From contig CAVPCR010000002.1 in NCBI GenBank assembly GCA_963702435.1, positions 576,001 through 640,000 on the forward strand: a stretch of 64,000 bases of DNA, in the 5' to 3' direction. Positions 37,130-46,422 of this stretch are shown here, piece after piece. The translations under genes were made by a program, and so were the position numbers. The stretch comes from Candidatus Eiseniibacteriota bacterium. Its GTDB lineage: Bacteria; Eisenbacteria; RBG-16-71-46; CAVPCR01. Under the pieces are notes generated by a model, which worked only from the letters and a program-made list of their open reading frames with translations, was not told where the DNA came from and ran no database searches. The first letter of the stretch is position 1; every line of letters begins with the position of its first letter.

Positions 37130-37843
37130 TCATTCCGCGCGGGGCGTGGCAAACTCGAGCGGCGGCGCTCCGTGGCGCGGGCGGGTCGAATCGCCCACGG
37201 CGGGACCGGCCGCCGCGGTGGCGCCGGCGGGACCGGCCGCCGCGGTGGCGCCGGCGGGACCGGCCGCCGCGGTGGCGCCGCCCGTAGCGCCCGCAACAGT
37301 CGTGCCGTCCGCGCCGGTCGTGCCTGACGCTCTGCCCGCCGCCGAGCCGATGACGACGTCGCCCGCGAGCGCTTCAAGAGTCGCCGGGCCGATCCCCTTC
37401 ACGCGATCGAGATCGGCGATGGTCGCAAAGGGTCCGTTCGCCTCGCGGTCGGCGATGATCCGCTGCGCGAGCGCGGGTCCGATCCGCGGCAGCGTCTCGA
37501 GTTCCTCGGCCGTCGCCCGGTTCACATCCACGCGCCCGAAGGAGGCGGGCTCGATCGGCGTGATGGCGCTCCGGACCGCCGCCGGGAGCGCGGCGGCCGG
37601 CGCCGGCATCGAGGTGACCGACGAGTCCGGAGTGGCCGCCGCCGATGCTCCCGCTTCAATCCGCGCCTCCGCCGCGACCGGCGGATCGGTCGCGACCCCG
37701 GCCAGCCAGGGCTCGAGCCGATGGCGCGCCGCGCCGAGGAGAAGGAGCCCGACCGCGAGCCCGACGAGCCACTCCTCGCCCTCGGCCGGCGCAACAATCC
37801 GCAGGATGGCGTGATAAACGGCGGCAAGCACCCGCAAGGCCAA
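37130..37843 (-). CDS. comEA: ComEA-family helix-hairpin-helix DNA-binding protein
   Basis: TM anchor, linker, VDVNRATAEELETLPRIGPALAQRII..RE.NGPF....DLDRVKGIG; three 27-bp repeats in the tail (about 37200-37280). Confidence 0.88.
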   Translation of the reverse strand: MALRVLAAVYHAILRIVAPAEGEEWLVGLAVGLLLLGAARHRLEPWLAGVATDPPVAAEARIEAGASAAATPDSSVTSMPAPAAALPAAVRSAITPIEPASFGRVDVNRATAEELETLPRIGPALAQRIIADREANGPFATIADLDRVKGIGPATLEALAGDVVIGSAAGRASGTTGADGTTVAGATGGATAAAGPAGATAAAGPAGATAAAGPAVGDSTRPRHGAPPLEFATPRAE

Positions 37844-37980
37844 GCTCCGCGGGGTCGCGGCGATCGCGCTCCGGACCGCCGGCGCGAAGGAATGCGGGCG
37901 GCGGTCAGCCGGGGGGATCCGCCGAGGTCAGTCGGTGCTCGGTTCCGATCGGTCGGCGCCCGGCTCCGATCGACCGGCAA

Positions 37981-40614
37981 TCAGTTGAGGAAACGCCAGC
38001 GGAAAACGAAGGCCGCGGCGCGCCCTGAGTCCACATAGGGGTCACCCGAGGTCGGCTCGATGACCGCGAGGTCGTAGCGCTGGTCGAGGAGGTTCCTCGT
38101 CCAGAGCTCGAGATCCGCATCCCCCGCCACGATCCCGACCACCGAGAGGTCGAGCCGGCCGTATCCGGGGAGCCGCGCGCCCGCGAAGTCGCCGCGCTCG
38201 CCGACCGCGAGGAACTCGATCCGCGGGTGGACGACGAGATCCCCGCCGAACCAGCTCCAGCGGAGCGACGCGAACGCCCGCCCGAGCGCCTCCGGCACGA
38301 AGGGAGCGACCCCGTTCCGGAAGAGCGCCGCGTCGCCGAAGTCATCGTCGGCAAAGAGCCGGCTGCCCCACACACCGGCCTCGAGCCCGAGCGGCCCGCC
38401 GCGCGCCGAGAAGGCCGCACGCACCTCCCAGTGCCGCGTCCGGCGCTCGACGAAGCTGAACTGCGGCCACGGCTCGCCGCTCACGTCCTCGCTCACAAAC
38501 GGCTGATGCGTGATCTCGCGACGCATCCCTTCGAGACCAAACGTCAGCCGCCCCTCGCGCGTGGCTCGCACGCCGTACGAGTCGTGTCGCTCCGGGATCG
38601 CTTCCGGATTCCCGGGAACGAGCACCTCCTGGTCGTAGGTCGGCGCGAGCTGGACCCGCCCGCCGCCGATTCCGACGAGGAAGTCCTCGGGCAGCGCGAC
38701 GAGGAGCTCCGCATGTCCGCCCGCGCTCGGCGCATGCCGGTCGCTCACGCGGAGCGAGCCGGCCACATCGAGCGCCAGCCGCTCGCCGATCTCGCCCAGG
38801 CCACCACGGGCCACTTCGAGGCCGCCGCGGCCGAGACGCGCGCCCGCCTCGCCCACGGCGCGGCTCACGCGCGGCGAGTAGACGCCGCCGGGATGCCGCA
38901 CCGAGAACCAGTCCTCCTCGCCGCTCGCGCGCCACCACAAGGGCCAGCGCGGGCGTGCCCACCCGTTCGCCTCGACAAGAAGCCCCTTCCGCTTGAATTC
39001 GACGCCGGGGAACTCGTCTCCCGACAGGCGGTCGTCGCGACCGGTCACTCGCAAGCCCCATGCCGGACCGAGCGTGTCGCCGGCGATCATGGTGAGCGCG
39101 GCGCCCTGATCGAAATGGCTGATCTCCCGCCCGTCTTTCCACTGGACCGGGGATTCGGCATTGCGGAGCGAGAGCGCGATGCGGGCGAAGTCGGCTGCCC
39201 ACGCCGCATCCAGCATCGCCAACCGCATTGCCGCATGCTCGATCGATCCGGTGCGCCCGTTGCGGGCGTTGTCGGCGCCGAACCCCCAGCTGAAGCGACC
39301 CTGCCGGTCTGCGAAGGTGACGCCGGCGGCGGCGAGACCGTAGCCGCCGGTCTCGACCGCGACTCGGCTCGCCGCCGAGGAGTCGCCCGCGGGCTCGGCC
39401 GGGGCGAGGCGCACCGATGGCGATTCCGCTCCGCGCCCCGGCGCATCGATCGAGCGGAGCTCGCCGGGACCGGCGAACGGCACGAAGCCGAGCCCCGGCC
39501 CCAGCCGGTCGAGGAGGAGACGCGAGAGATCGCGGCCCTCCATGCGCGGGGTGCGGAGCGTCCAGTCATCGGCGCGGAGCTCGGGCCAGGCGAACGAACC
39601 GGCGACGGCGAGCGCGCCGATCGGAGTCGAGAAGGTCGGCTCGGCCGCGTGCACGCCGGGCAGGCGTGACAGAAGATCGGTCGCCTGGTGGGCGCCCGCG
39701 CGGTCGATCTCGTGACGGCCGACGACGAGCGTGTCGCCGAGCGCGCGCAGGCGCATCCACGGCGGGCGATCGGCGGGCACCACCGCCGGGCGCTCCCCGA
39801 AGTGCGGCCCGCGGATCGGTGCGCGCAGTGAGTCGGGGATCGGTTCGCCGAGGTAGATCCCGCCGGGCGGGGGCGGCGCGGCGAGCGAATCGGGCCCAGC
39901 GGGAGCGGACTCGGGCCCGGGGGCAGGGGGTGACTCGAGCCCGGGGGCGGTGGGTGACCCGGGCCCGGGGGCGGCGAGCGAATCGGCGCCGGCGCGCGGC
40001 GCGCCCGCCTCACCGGGCTGCGCGGTTTGCGCGAACGCATCCCCCGCCCCGGCACCGGCCAGGAGCGCGAGGACCGCGAGCGCCGCCGCCATCCCGCCGC
40101 GGATCCCCATCTCCGCGAGCACGCGGAGCCCGCCGGCGCCGAGCACCGCGAACACGAACATGTTCGACACGATGTGCACGACGGAGAAGGCGAGCCCGCC
40201 GAGGACGGTGGCGCGGATCGGCCCGAGATGCACCCCGAGCGCGAGGTTGGTCAGGAAATCGAAGAAGATGGTCAGTACGAGCCCGATCCCGGCGAGGAGC
40301 GCCACGCGATAAGTTGCCTTGATCCGCAGTATCCGGCGACCGAGCAAACCGCCGGCAAGACCGGTCGCCGCCATCCCCACCACCTGCGCGACGAAGACGA
40401 GCGGCAGGGCCGGCCCGAGCGGATTCAGGCCCGAAACGAGGAGCTCGGCCGCCGCCCCGATCGCCGCTCCGGTCACCGGCCCGGTGGCGGCGCCGCCGAG
40501 GAAGATGGTGATGGTCACGAGCTCGACGTTCGGGAGGACGGCGCCCGCGAATCCGAGCCCGGCGGCGAGGGCGATGAAGAGCGCGGCCCGGGCGAGATGC
40601 GAGGAACGGTACAC
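37981..40614 (-). CDS. Fusion of an ECF-type S-component (N-terminal ~168 aa), an internal signal peptide and a TonB-dependent-receptor-like/porin-like outer-membrane beta-barrel
   Basis: GTG immediately after the PHP stop; ARAALFIALA...LPNVELVT..IFLGG...G..IGAAAE...HIVSN (S-component pattern); AFA/Q cleavage-like site; plug-like VVGRHEIDRAGA...DLLSRLPGV; C-terminal PGYGRLDL...NLLDQRY...GR...FVFRWRFLN; no stop between the domains. Confidence 0.75.
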   Translation of the reverse strand: MYRSSHLARAALFIALAAGLGFAGAVLPNVELVTITIFLGGAATGPVTGAAIGAAAELLVSGLNPLGPALPLVFVAQVVGMAATGLAGGLLGRRILRIKATYRVALLAGIGLVLTIFFDFLTNLALGVHLGPIRATVLGGLAFSVVHIVSNMFVFAVLGAGGLRVLAEMGIRGGMAAALAVLALLAGAGAGDAFAQTAQPGEAGAPRAGADSLAAPGPGSPTAPGLESPPAPGPESAPAGPDSLAAPPPPGGIYLGEPIPDSLRAPIRGPHFGERPAVVPADRPPWMRLRALGDTLVVGRHEIDRAGAHQATDLLSRLPGVHAAEPTFSTPIGALAVAGSFAWPELRADDWTLRTPRMEGRDLSRLLLDRLGPGLGFVPFAGPGELRSIDAPGRGAESPSVRLAPAEPAGDSSAASRVAVETGGYGLAAAGVTFADRQGRFSWGFGADNARNGRTGSIEHAAMRLAMLDAAWAADFARIALSLRNAESPVQWKDGREISHFDQGAALTMIAGDTLGPAWGLRVTGRDDRLSGDEFPGVEFKRKGLLVEANGWARPRWPLWWRASGEEDWFSVRHPGGVYSPRVSRAVGEAGARLGRGGLEVARGGLGEIGERLALDVAGSLRVSDRHAPSAGGHAELLVALPEDFLVGIGGGRVQLAPTYDQEVLVPGNPEAIPERHDSYGVRATREGRLTFGLEGMRREITHQPFVSEDVSGEPWPQFSFVERRTRHWEVRAAFSARGGPLGLEAGVWGSRLFADDDFGDAALFRNGVAPFVPEALGRAFASLRWSWFGGDLVVHPRIEFLAVGERGDFAGARLPGYGRLDLSVVGIVAGDADLELWTRNLLDQRYDLAVIEPTSGDPYVDSGRAAAFVFRWRFLN

Positions 40615-40615
40615 G

Positions 40616-41446
40616 CTAACGCGGGCGGGCGCGGGCGTGAAGCGGAGCGACGACCGCGAGCGGGACCGGCTGTGCGCCGACCGTGGAGTCGCCGCGGCCG
40701 GCGCCGTGGAAGTCGGATCCGCCGGTGACGAGGAGACCGAAGGTCTCGGCGGCGGCCATGTAGGTACGGACGCGCTGGGCATCGTGTTTCGGGTGCCAGA
40801 CCTCGATCCCGACAAGGCCGTGCGCGACGAGCGCCGGGATGAGGTCGTCGCGCCGGAGCGATCCCGGGTGCGCGAGCACCGGCACACCGCCCGCGCGCTT
40901 GACCAGGTCGATGGCTCCCGCCGGATCGAGCGTTCGCTTCGGCACGTAGGCGGGCGCATGATAGCCGATGTAGCGCTCGAACGCCTCGTCCATCGTCTCC
41001 ACATACCCCGCCTCGATCAACGCGGCGCCGATGTGCGGGCGGCCCAGCGGGGCGCCGGCCGCGATCGCCACCACGCGCTCGAGATGGAGCGACACGCCGA
41101 GCTGGGCGAGGAGATCGAGAATGTGCTCGCCGCGGACGAGCCGACCGTCGCGGAGGATGCGCAGCTCCTCGGCGAGGCCCGGCGTCGCCGTGTCGAGGTA
41201 GTAGCCGAGGATGTGCACGTCGGCCTGATGATCGGAGGCGGAGAGCTCGACGCCCGGGATGAAGTCGATCGCGGCCGTCTCGGCGGCGGCGGCGGCGGCG
41301 GGCAGGCCGTCTAGCGTGTCGTGATCGGTGATGGCGATCGCGGCGAGACGCGCCTGGCGGGCGAAGGCAACCACCTCCTCGGGCGTGTTCACGCCGTCGG
41401 AGCAGCTGGTGTGCAGATGAAGATCGACGTATCCGCTGGCCGTCAT
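40616..41446 (-). CDS. PHP-domain metal-dependent phosphoesterase (TrpH/YciV-like)
   Basis: DLHLHTSCSDG, AITDHD, GVELS, HILGY, GRPH, LAHP, TGGSDFHG. Confidence 0.92.
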   Translation of the reverse strand: MTASGYVDLHLHTSCSDGVNTPEEVVAFARQARLAAIAITDHDTLDGLPAAAAAAETAAIDFIPGVELSASDHQADVHILGYYLDTATPGLAEELRILRDGRLVRGEHILDLLAQLGVSLHLERVVAIAAGAPLGRPHIGAALIEAGYVETMDEAFERYIGYHAPAYVPKRTLDPAGAIDLVKRAGGVPVLAHPGSLRRDDLIPALVAHGLVGIEVWHPKHDAQRVRTYMAAAETFGLLVTGGSDFHGAGRGDSTVGAQPVPLAVVAPLHARARPR

Positions 41447-41521
41447 GGCTCCCGTCCGGTGGCGCGTGCTCCGCGCGCGAGGAGTCCCTTCCCCCCAGGC
41501 GGCCGGACGGCGCGGGCTGCG

Positions 41522-44206
41522 TCAGGCGTCGAGCGCTTGCAGGCGTTCGCGGGCGTCGAGGAAGCCGGGATCCGAGCGCACGACCTCGCGCAGCTCGTCG
41601 CGCGCGCCCCCGAGCTCGCCAGCCGCGGCGAGGCTGAGCGCGAGCGCGTAGCGAATCGGCAGGACGCCCTCGCCCGTTCTCGTCGCCTCTTCGAGCGCGG
41701 CGCGCCAGTGCGAGGCCGCGAGGTTGAGCTCTCCGGCCCGACTATAACATGTGGCCAGGTGCTCGAGGCAGCGGCGCCGGTAGGAGGCCCCGCCCACCGC
41801 CTGCCGGAACTCGGCGATGGCTTCCTGATGGAGCCCCATCTCCATGTACGCCATCCCGAGGTCGTAATGGCTCGCGTGATCCGTGGCGCCGAGCTGCGAC
41901 GACACGTCGCGACGGAATCGTCCGATGACCCAGGCCAGCTGATCGTCGGTGGTCGGGTCCACCGCGGCAGGCGGAGCACCTTCAGTGGACGGCGCCGCGG
42001 CGGCGGCCGCCGGGGCGTCGAGCTCGGTACGATCGCCGTTCCCCGAGCGATCTTCGTTGCCGGCGCGATCGCTCTTCCACGCGCCATCTCCGTTACCGCC
42101 CAGGAAGTCGAGCGCCGACACGCCGTCGAGCGCCGCGCCACCGCGCAGCTCGTCGTGATCGAGCTGCATCACCTCGGGATCGGAGATCTCGGCCGCGGGG
42201 AGCGCGGCAACGGGCTCCGCCTCGGCAAGCGGCTCCGCCTCGACGAGCGCTTCGATCTCGGCGAGAGGAAGATCCTCGACGAGCCCGGTGTCGGCGACGG
42301 GCTCGGCCTCTAGCATCGGCTCGGCCTCGAGCATCGGCTCGGCCTCTAGCGCGGGCTCGGCCTCTAGCACGGGCTCGGCCTCTAGCATCGGCTCGGCCTC
42401 TAGCATCGGCTCGGCCTCGAGCATCGGCTCGGCCTCGAGCATCGGCTCGGCCTCCACGACCGGCTCCGCCTCGACGACCGGCTCCGCCTCGACGACCGAC
42501 TCCGCCTCGACGACCGACTCCGCCTCCAGGATGAGCTCCGGCGCGCGGATGGGATCCTCGGGCAACGCGAGCGGCACCGCATGCGCGCCGATGTCGGTCT
42601 CGATGATCAGATCGACATCGGGGGCGGACTCCGCCGCGACCTCCGCCGTTTCCTCCCCCGCGACCTCCGCAGACTCCACTGGAGCCTCAGCCATCTCTGT
42701 CTCGGGAGCCGCCGGCGGGTCGTTCGTGCCAAGATGCTTGAGACGCTCGTTGCGACGGAGCGCGAGCGGTTCCGCGGGGTCGAGCTCGAGCGCCCACTCG
42801 AACGCAGCGCGCGCTCGATCCCAGTCACCATCGGCGAGATGGATCTCGCCGATCTCGGCGGTCCAGCGCGCCTCGGCCGCCAGGTCGCCGCACGAGACGG
42901 CCAGCTCCTTGAGCTTCTCGGCGATCCGGAGCTCGCGCTTACCGAGTTCCCAGAGCTCGAGGAGGAAGCGCCGCGCGGCGGTGGGCTCGCCGGCGAGCTC
43001 CGCCTCGCTCGCCGCCGTGGCGAGCAAAGCCTCGGCCGCCTCGCGATCGCCCGCTTCGAGATGCGCGGCGACCCCGGTGGCCCAGCCACGGATCCGCGCG
43101 GCCATGTCGTCGGCCTCGTCCACGGCGGTCTCGATCACCGCGGCCGAATCCTCGCCCGCGCCCAGTACGATCACGTCCTCGCCGGCATCGCCCGCCGCAC
43201 CGGCCTCTGCCGTGGCAGCGACATCGCCCTCGTCGCTCTCCGCACTCTCCGCCGGTCGCTCCACCGAGTGCGCGGTGAGCTTGAGATCGAGGAAGGATGC
43301 AGGAGGACACGCTGCATCCAAGCTCGCCGGGCCGAAGAGGTCGCCCATGCGCTCGAGGCCCGGCATCACGTTCTCGAGGTCCGACGGCAGCGGGGATGCT
43401 CCGGGCGCCGACTCCGCCGGCGCCATAATCTCATCGCGGCTGTAGTCCGCGATCGTCGAGCCCTCGACGATGAGTGACTGGCAGTCGTCCTCCGCGCTCT
43501 CCTCACCGCCGTGCGCAGTCGCCGGGTCGGCTCCCGCCCCGGCGAGACCGACCGCCTCCGCCCCGGCCTCCCCGACCGGCGCGAACGCGATCGTCGCCTC
43601 TCCGAGATCGCTCTGCGGCGCGAGCTCAGCGGCGCGCGCCCGGAGCGCCACCGCGCGCTCGGCCTGTCCGCGCGACTCGAGCTCTCCGGCCATGCGCTCG
43701 AGCTCGAGGGCCGCCCGCTGGCGATCGCCGACCGCGATGAAGAGCTCCCCAACGCGGAGCGCGACCTTCACATTCGGGGTCCCGAGCTGCACCACGATCT
43801 CAAGCACCTGCTTCGTGTCGTCCTCGCGGTTCGACTCGAGGCACTTGCTGGCGAACTCGAGATAGTGGGCCATCGACTCGGCCATCAGGTTCTCGCGGGC
43901 GTAGAGATCGGCGAGTCGGCGCAGGCTCTCGAACTGCGCGGCGTCGATGCGCTGGATCTTCTTGAGGACGGCGATCGCGTTCCGGCACAGACCCTGGCTC
44001 TCGTAGGCGTCCACCGCCTGTCCGTAGCGCTTGAGCGCGACGTCGCGGTTCTTCATGCGCACCGCGAGATCCCCGAGCAGGATGTAGGCGTAGGGATCGA
44101 GCGGCTCGATCCCGAGGAGCTTCTCGTACTCGGACATCGCTTCGTTCAAAGCACTGCGCTGGATGTGGGCCTTGGCGCGCTGCTTGATCGCGGTTGCCTT
44201 GTCCAA
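41522..44206 (-). CDS. Large TPR protein with acidic low-complexity linker
   Basis: TTG start with GGGAG RBS; N-terminal TPRs (LLGDL, AIAVLKKI), C-terminal SHYDLGMAYMEMGL..EAIAEF and DPGFLDA. Confidence 0.8.
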   Translation of the reverse strand: MDKATAIKQRAKAHIQRSALNEAMSEYEKLLGIEPLDPYAYILLGDLAVRMKNRDVALKRYGQAVDAYESQGLCRNAIAVLKKIQRIDAAQFESLRRLADLYARENLMAESMAHYLEFASKCLESNREDDTKQVLEIVVQLGTPNVKVALRVGELFIAVGDRQRAALELERMAGELESRGQAERAVALRARAAELAPQSDLGEATIAFAPVGEAGAEAVGLAGAGADPATAHGGEESAEDDCQSLIVEGSTIADYSRDEIMAPAESAPGASPLPSDLENVMPGLERMGDLFGPASLDAACPPASFLDLKLTAHSVERPAESAESDEGDVAATAEAGAAGDAGEDVIVLGAGEDSAAVIETAVDEADDMAARIRGWATGVAAHLEAGDREAAEALLATAASEAELAGEPTAARRFLLELWELGKRELRIAEKLKELAVSCGDLAAEARWTAEIGEIHLADGDWDRARAAFEWALELDPAEPLALRRNERLKHLGTNDPPAAPETEMAEAPVESAEVAGEETAEVAAESAPDVDLIIETDIGAHAVPLALPEDPIRAPELILEAESVVEAESVVEAEPVVEAEPVVEAEPMLEAEPMLEAEPMLEAEPMLEAEPVLEAEPALEAEPMLEAEPMLEAEPVADTGLVEDLPLAEIEALVEAEPLAEAEPVAALPAAEISDPEVMQLDHDELRGGAALDGVSALDFLGGNGDGAWKSDRAGNEDRSGNGDRTELDAPAAAAAAPSTEGAPPAAVDPTTDDQLAWVIGRFRRDVSSQLGATDHASHYDLGMAYMEMGLHQEAIAEFRQAVGGASYRRRCLEHLATCYSRAGELNLAASHWRAALEEATRTGEGVLPIRYALALSLAAAGELGGARDELREVVRSDPGFLDARERLQALDA
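42290..42530. repeat. 18-bp coding tandem repeat (EAEPML/EAEPVV), about 13 copies, inside the TPR gene
   Basis: GGCTCGGCCTC(T/G)AGCATC-like units on the + strand. Confidence 0.9.
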
Positions 44207-44820
44207 TGGGATCTCCCGGCCGTTGGCTGCGGGCCCGCTCGGAGCGTGGAGCGTCGGGGCAGGACGCTCCGCGCCGGTCACCGGTCGCTGGACGACGTCG
44301 CGGAGGAGCCGGCGCCGAGCCCGCGCGGCGGAAACCGTTCCCCGCAAACGGGATCACCGCTCGCGGGCGCCGCGCGACCTCGGGGCGTACGCCTCCCCTC
44401 ATCCAGTTTCGGCACCTTCGGGTCTAACGTAAGCCGGGCGCTGAAAGAGGATCCCTCCGGCGGTCGTCCGGGCTGGCAGCGGGACAGCAGAGTGGGCGAT
44501 CTCGCCCGAACGCGCCGCGATGAGACTCCCGGCTGGCGCTCGCCTCCTGGTGGCCCGGCGCTCGCCGGCGTTCGCCGGCGTTCGCCACCGCGGGGGGGCA
44601 CCGCGCCGCCCCGATGTGATACGGAAGAGTGTTCGCCGGCACGCTCGAACCGGTACTCCGGCACGCTCGGACCGCCCTCCCGCAGCTCTCGGGCCGGCGC
44701 CCCGCCCGCGCCGGCCCGGTCTTGGCGGACCGCCGCCTTCTGCTATCCTCCCGCTGATCCTCCCCATCGTTCCGTCCATGCCGCTGTTTGCTCGCAGGCC
44801 ATAGGGAGTACCGGATACCA

Positions 44821-45702
44821 ATGAAGAAGTCAGTCGTGGTCATCATGGGCCTCGTGCTCATCGCCCTGGCGGCGGCCGTCGCCTTCCTGTACACCCAGAA
44901 GCAGCAGCTCGCCGTCCAGGTCGAGCAGAACCGGCTCGCCGAGGAGGCGGTGCGCGAGCAGTTCGGCGCCGCGCTCCAGTCGATCGCCGAGATCCAGGAC
45001 AGCCTGAGCGTGATGCTCCCCGCCGAGGAGCGGCTCAGCCATGTCTCGCGCAGCGCTGAGCTGGGCTCGCCGATCACGCAGACGCAGAAGGAGCAGATGC
45101 TCGGCACCATCGCGGACATGAAGCAGAGCGTCAACAACACGAAGCTCAAGATCGATGAGCTCGAGAAGAGCCTCGCCGCGAACCAGAAGGAGATGGCGGG
45201 CCTCCGCCGCGTCATCGACAACCTGAAGAAGTCGGTGGCCGAGCGCGAGGCGACCATCCAGAAGCTCACGGGCGAGGTGGCCTCGCTCCAGGGCACGGTC
45301 GCAGGCCTCCAGACCGATGTCCAGCGCGGCCAGGAGAAGATCGCCGAGCAGCAGGGCGTGATCGACACCAAGACCAAGGAGCTCGGTCTCGTCCACTACC
45401 TGATCGGGACCAAGGATGATCTCAAGGCGAAGGGGCTCATCACCGAGAAGGGCGGCTTCATCGGCATGGGCAAGACGACTCAGCTCACTGCCAACTTCAA
45501 GGAGAGCGACTTCACGACGATCGACACCAACGTGGCGACCGAGATCCCGCTCTGGGGAGTCAAGCCGCAGGTCCTGAGCGCGCAGAACAAGGCGAGCTAC
45601 GAGCTCCAGCTCCTCGCCGAGCAGAAGTCGAAGCTCGTGATCAAGGACCCGGTCGAGTTCCGGAAGGTGAAGTACGTCGTGATCATGGTCGAGAAGGACT
45701 GA
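44821..45702 (+). CDS. Membrane-anchored coiled-coil protein of unknown function
   Basis: MKK plus TM helix, long heptad region, globular C-terminus (YLIGTKDDLKAKGLI..KGGFIG); GC3-rich codon usage. Confidence 0.8.
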   Translation: MKKSVVVIMGLVLIALAAAVAFLYTQKQQLAVQVEQNRLAEEAVREQFGAALQSIAEIQDSLSVMLPAEERLSHVSRSAELGSPITQTQKEQMLGTIADMKQSVNNTKLKIDELEKSLAANQKEMAGLRRVIDNLKKSVAEREATIQKLTGEVASLQGTVAGLQTDVQRGQEKIAEQQGVIDTKTKELGLVHYLIGTKDDLKAKGLITEKGGFIGMGKTTQLTANFKESDFTTIDTNVATEIPLWGVKPQVLSAQNKASYELQLLAEQKSKLVIKDPVEFRKVKYVVIMVEKD

Positions 45703-45727
45703 GCGCGGCGGCGGGAGGCGGGACGGA

Positions 45728-46018
45728 TCAGATTGTCGGCTGCTCCGGAAGCTGCGTGCCGTGCCATACTCCGACGATCCAGACCGTGCCGCCGTCCACT
45801 CGGCAGAAGAACCGATACGGCGGCACGATCAGTTCTCGGTACGGAAGCTCGGGGAAGTCAGGCAGGGGTCGACCCAGGGAAGGGAAGCGTTCCGGGCGGC
45901 GCAGCGACTTCTCCGCCCGTTTTCTGAACAGGATTGCCGCCGACGGTTTGTCCCGGCGGATGTACGCAATCGCTACCAGGAACTGGGCGCGACCGGATGG
46001 CGTGAATCGGACCTTCAC
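45728..46018 (-). CDS. Type II toxin, RelE/ParE family
   Basis: MKVRFTPS...IAYIRRDKPSAA...FPSLGR...YREL..PPYR..VWH; overlaps the antitoxin stop. Confidence 0.85.
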   Translation of the reverse strand: MKVRFTPSGRAQFLVAIAYIRRDKPSAAILFRKRAEKSLRRPERFPSLGRPLPDFPELPYRELIVPPYRFFCRVDGGTVWIVGVWHGTQLPEQPTI

Positions 46019-46296
46019 TCGGCGTCGTCCGCTAACAGGGCGTCGGCCTCGGCGAGCACGCTGTCGAGACTGTGGCCCTTCCCCCCGGCGATTTCCCTTT
46101 CGCCGCGGGCGAGAAGCCTCAGGAGTTGGCGCTCCTTCTCCGCATGCTCATAGGCCTCCACGCTCATCATCACGGCCGCCGCGCGGCCGCGCTGCGTGCT
46201 GATCAGCGGCTGCCGCAAGGCGCGCACTCGCCGCGGAACGGCCGCCGCATCCTGGCGGAGATCCGTCACCGGGACCACTTCAGGGACTCGTGCCAT
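46015..46296 (-). CDS. Type II antitoxin, Phd/YefM family
   Basis: PVTDLRQ...QPL..TQRGRAAAVMMSVEAYE; AGGAGG RBS. Confidence 0.85.
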   Translation of the reverse strand: MARVPEVVPVTDLRQDAAAVPRRVRALRQPLISTQRGRAAAVMMSVEAYEHAEKERQLLRLLARGEREIAGGKGHSLDSVLAEADALLADDAE

Positions 46297-46422
46297 GGGT
46301 TTGTACCTCCTAACCGTACAACCAAGCGCATCATTCTTTCACGGCCTCGCCAAGTGGCAACCGGGACGTTCTGATCCTTCAGCCGCGAGGGCGGGGCTTC
46401 GCGACCCCCGCTCCCCGGCCCC

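Noticed and set aside
40614..44820. Cobalamin riboswitch controlling the S-component/barrel fusion
   Set aside because: The fusion starts immediately after the PHP stop, and no B12-box was recognisable by eye in 44210-44820; an Rfam scan would be needed
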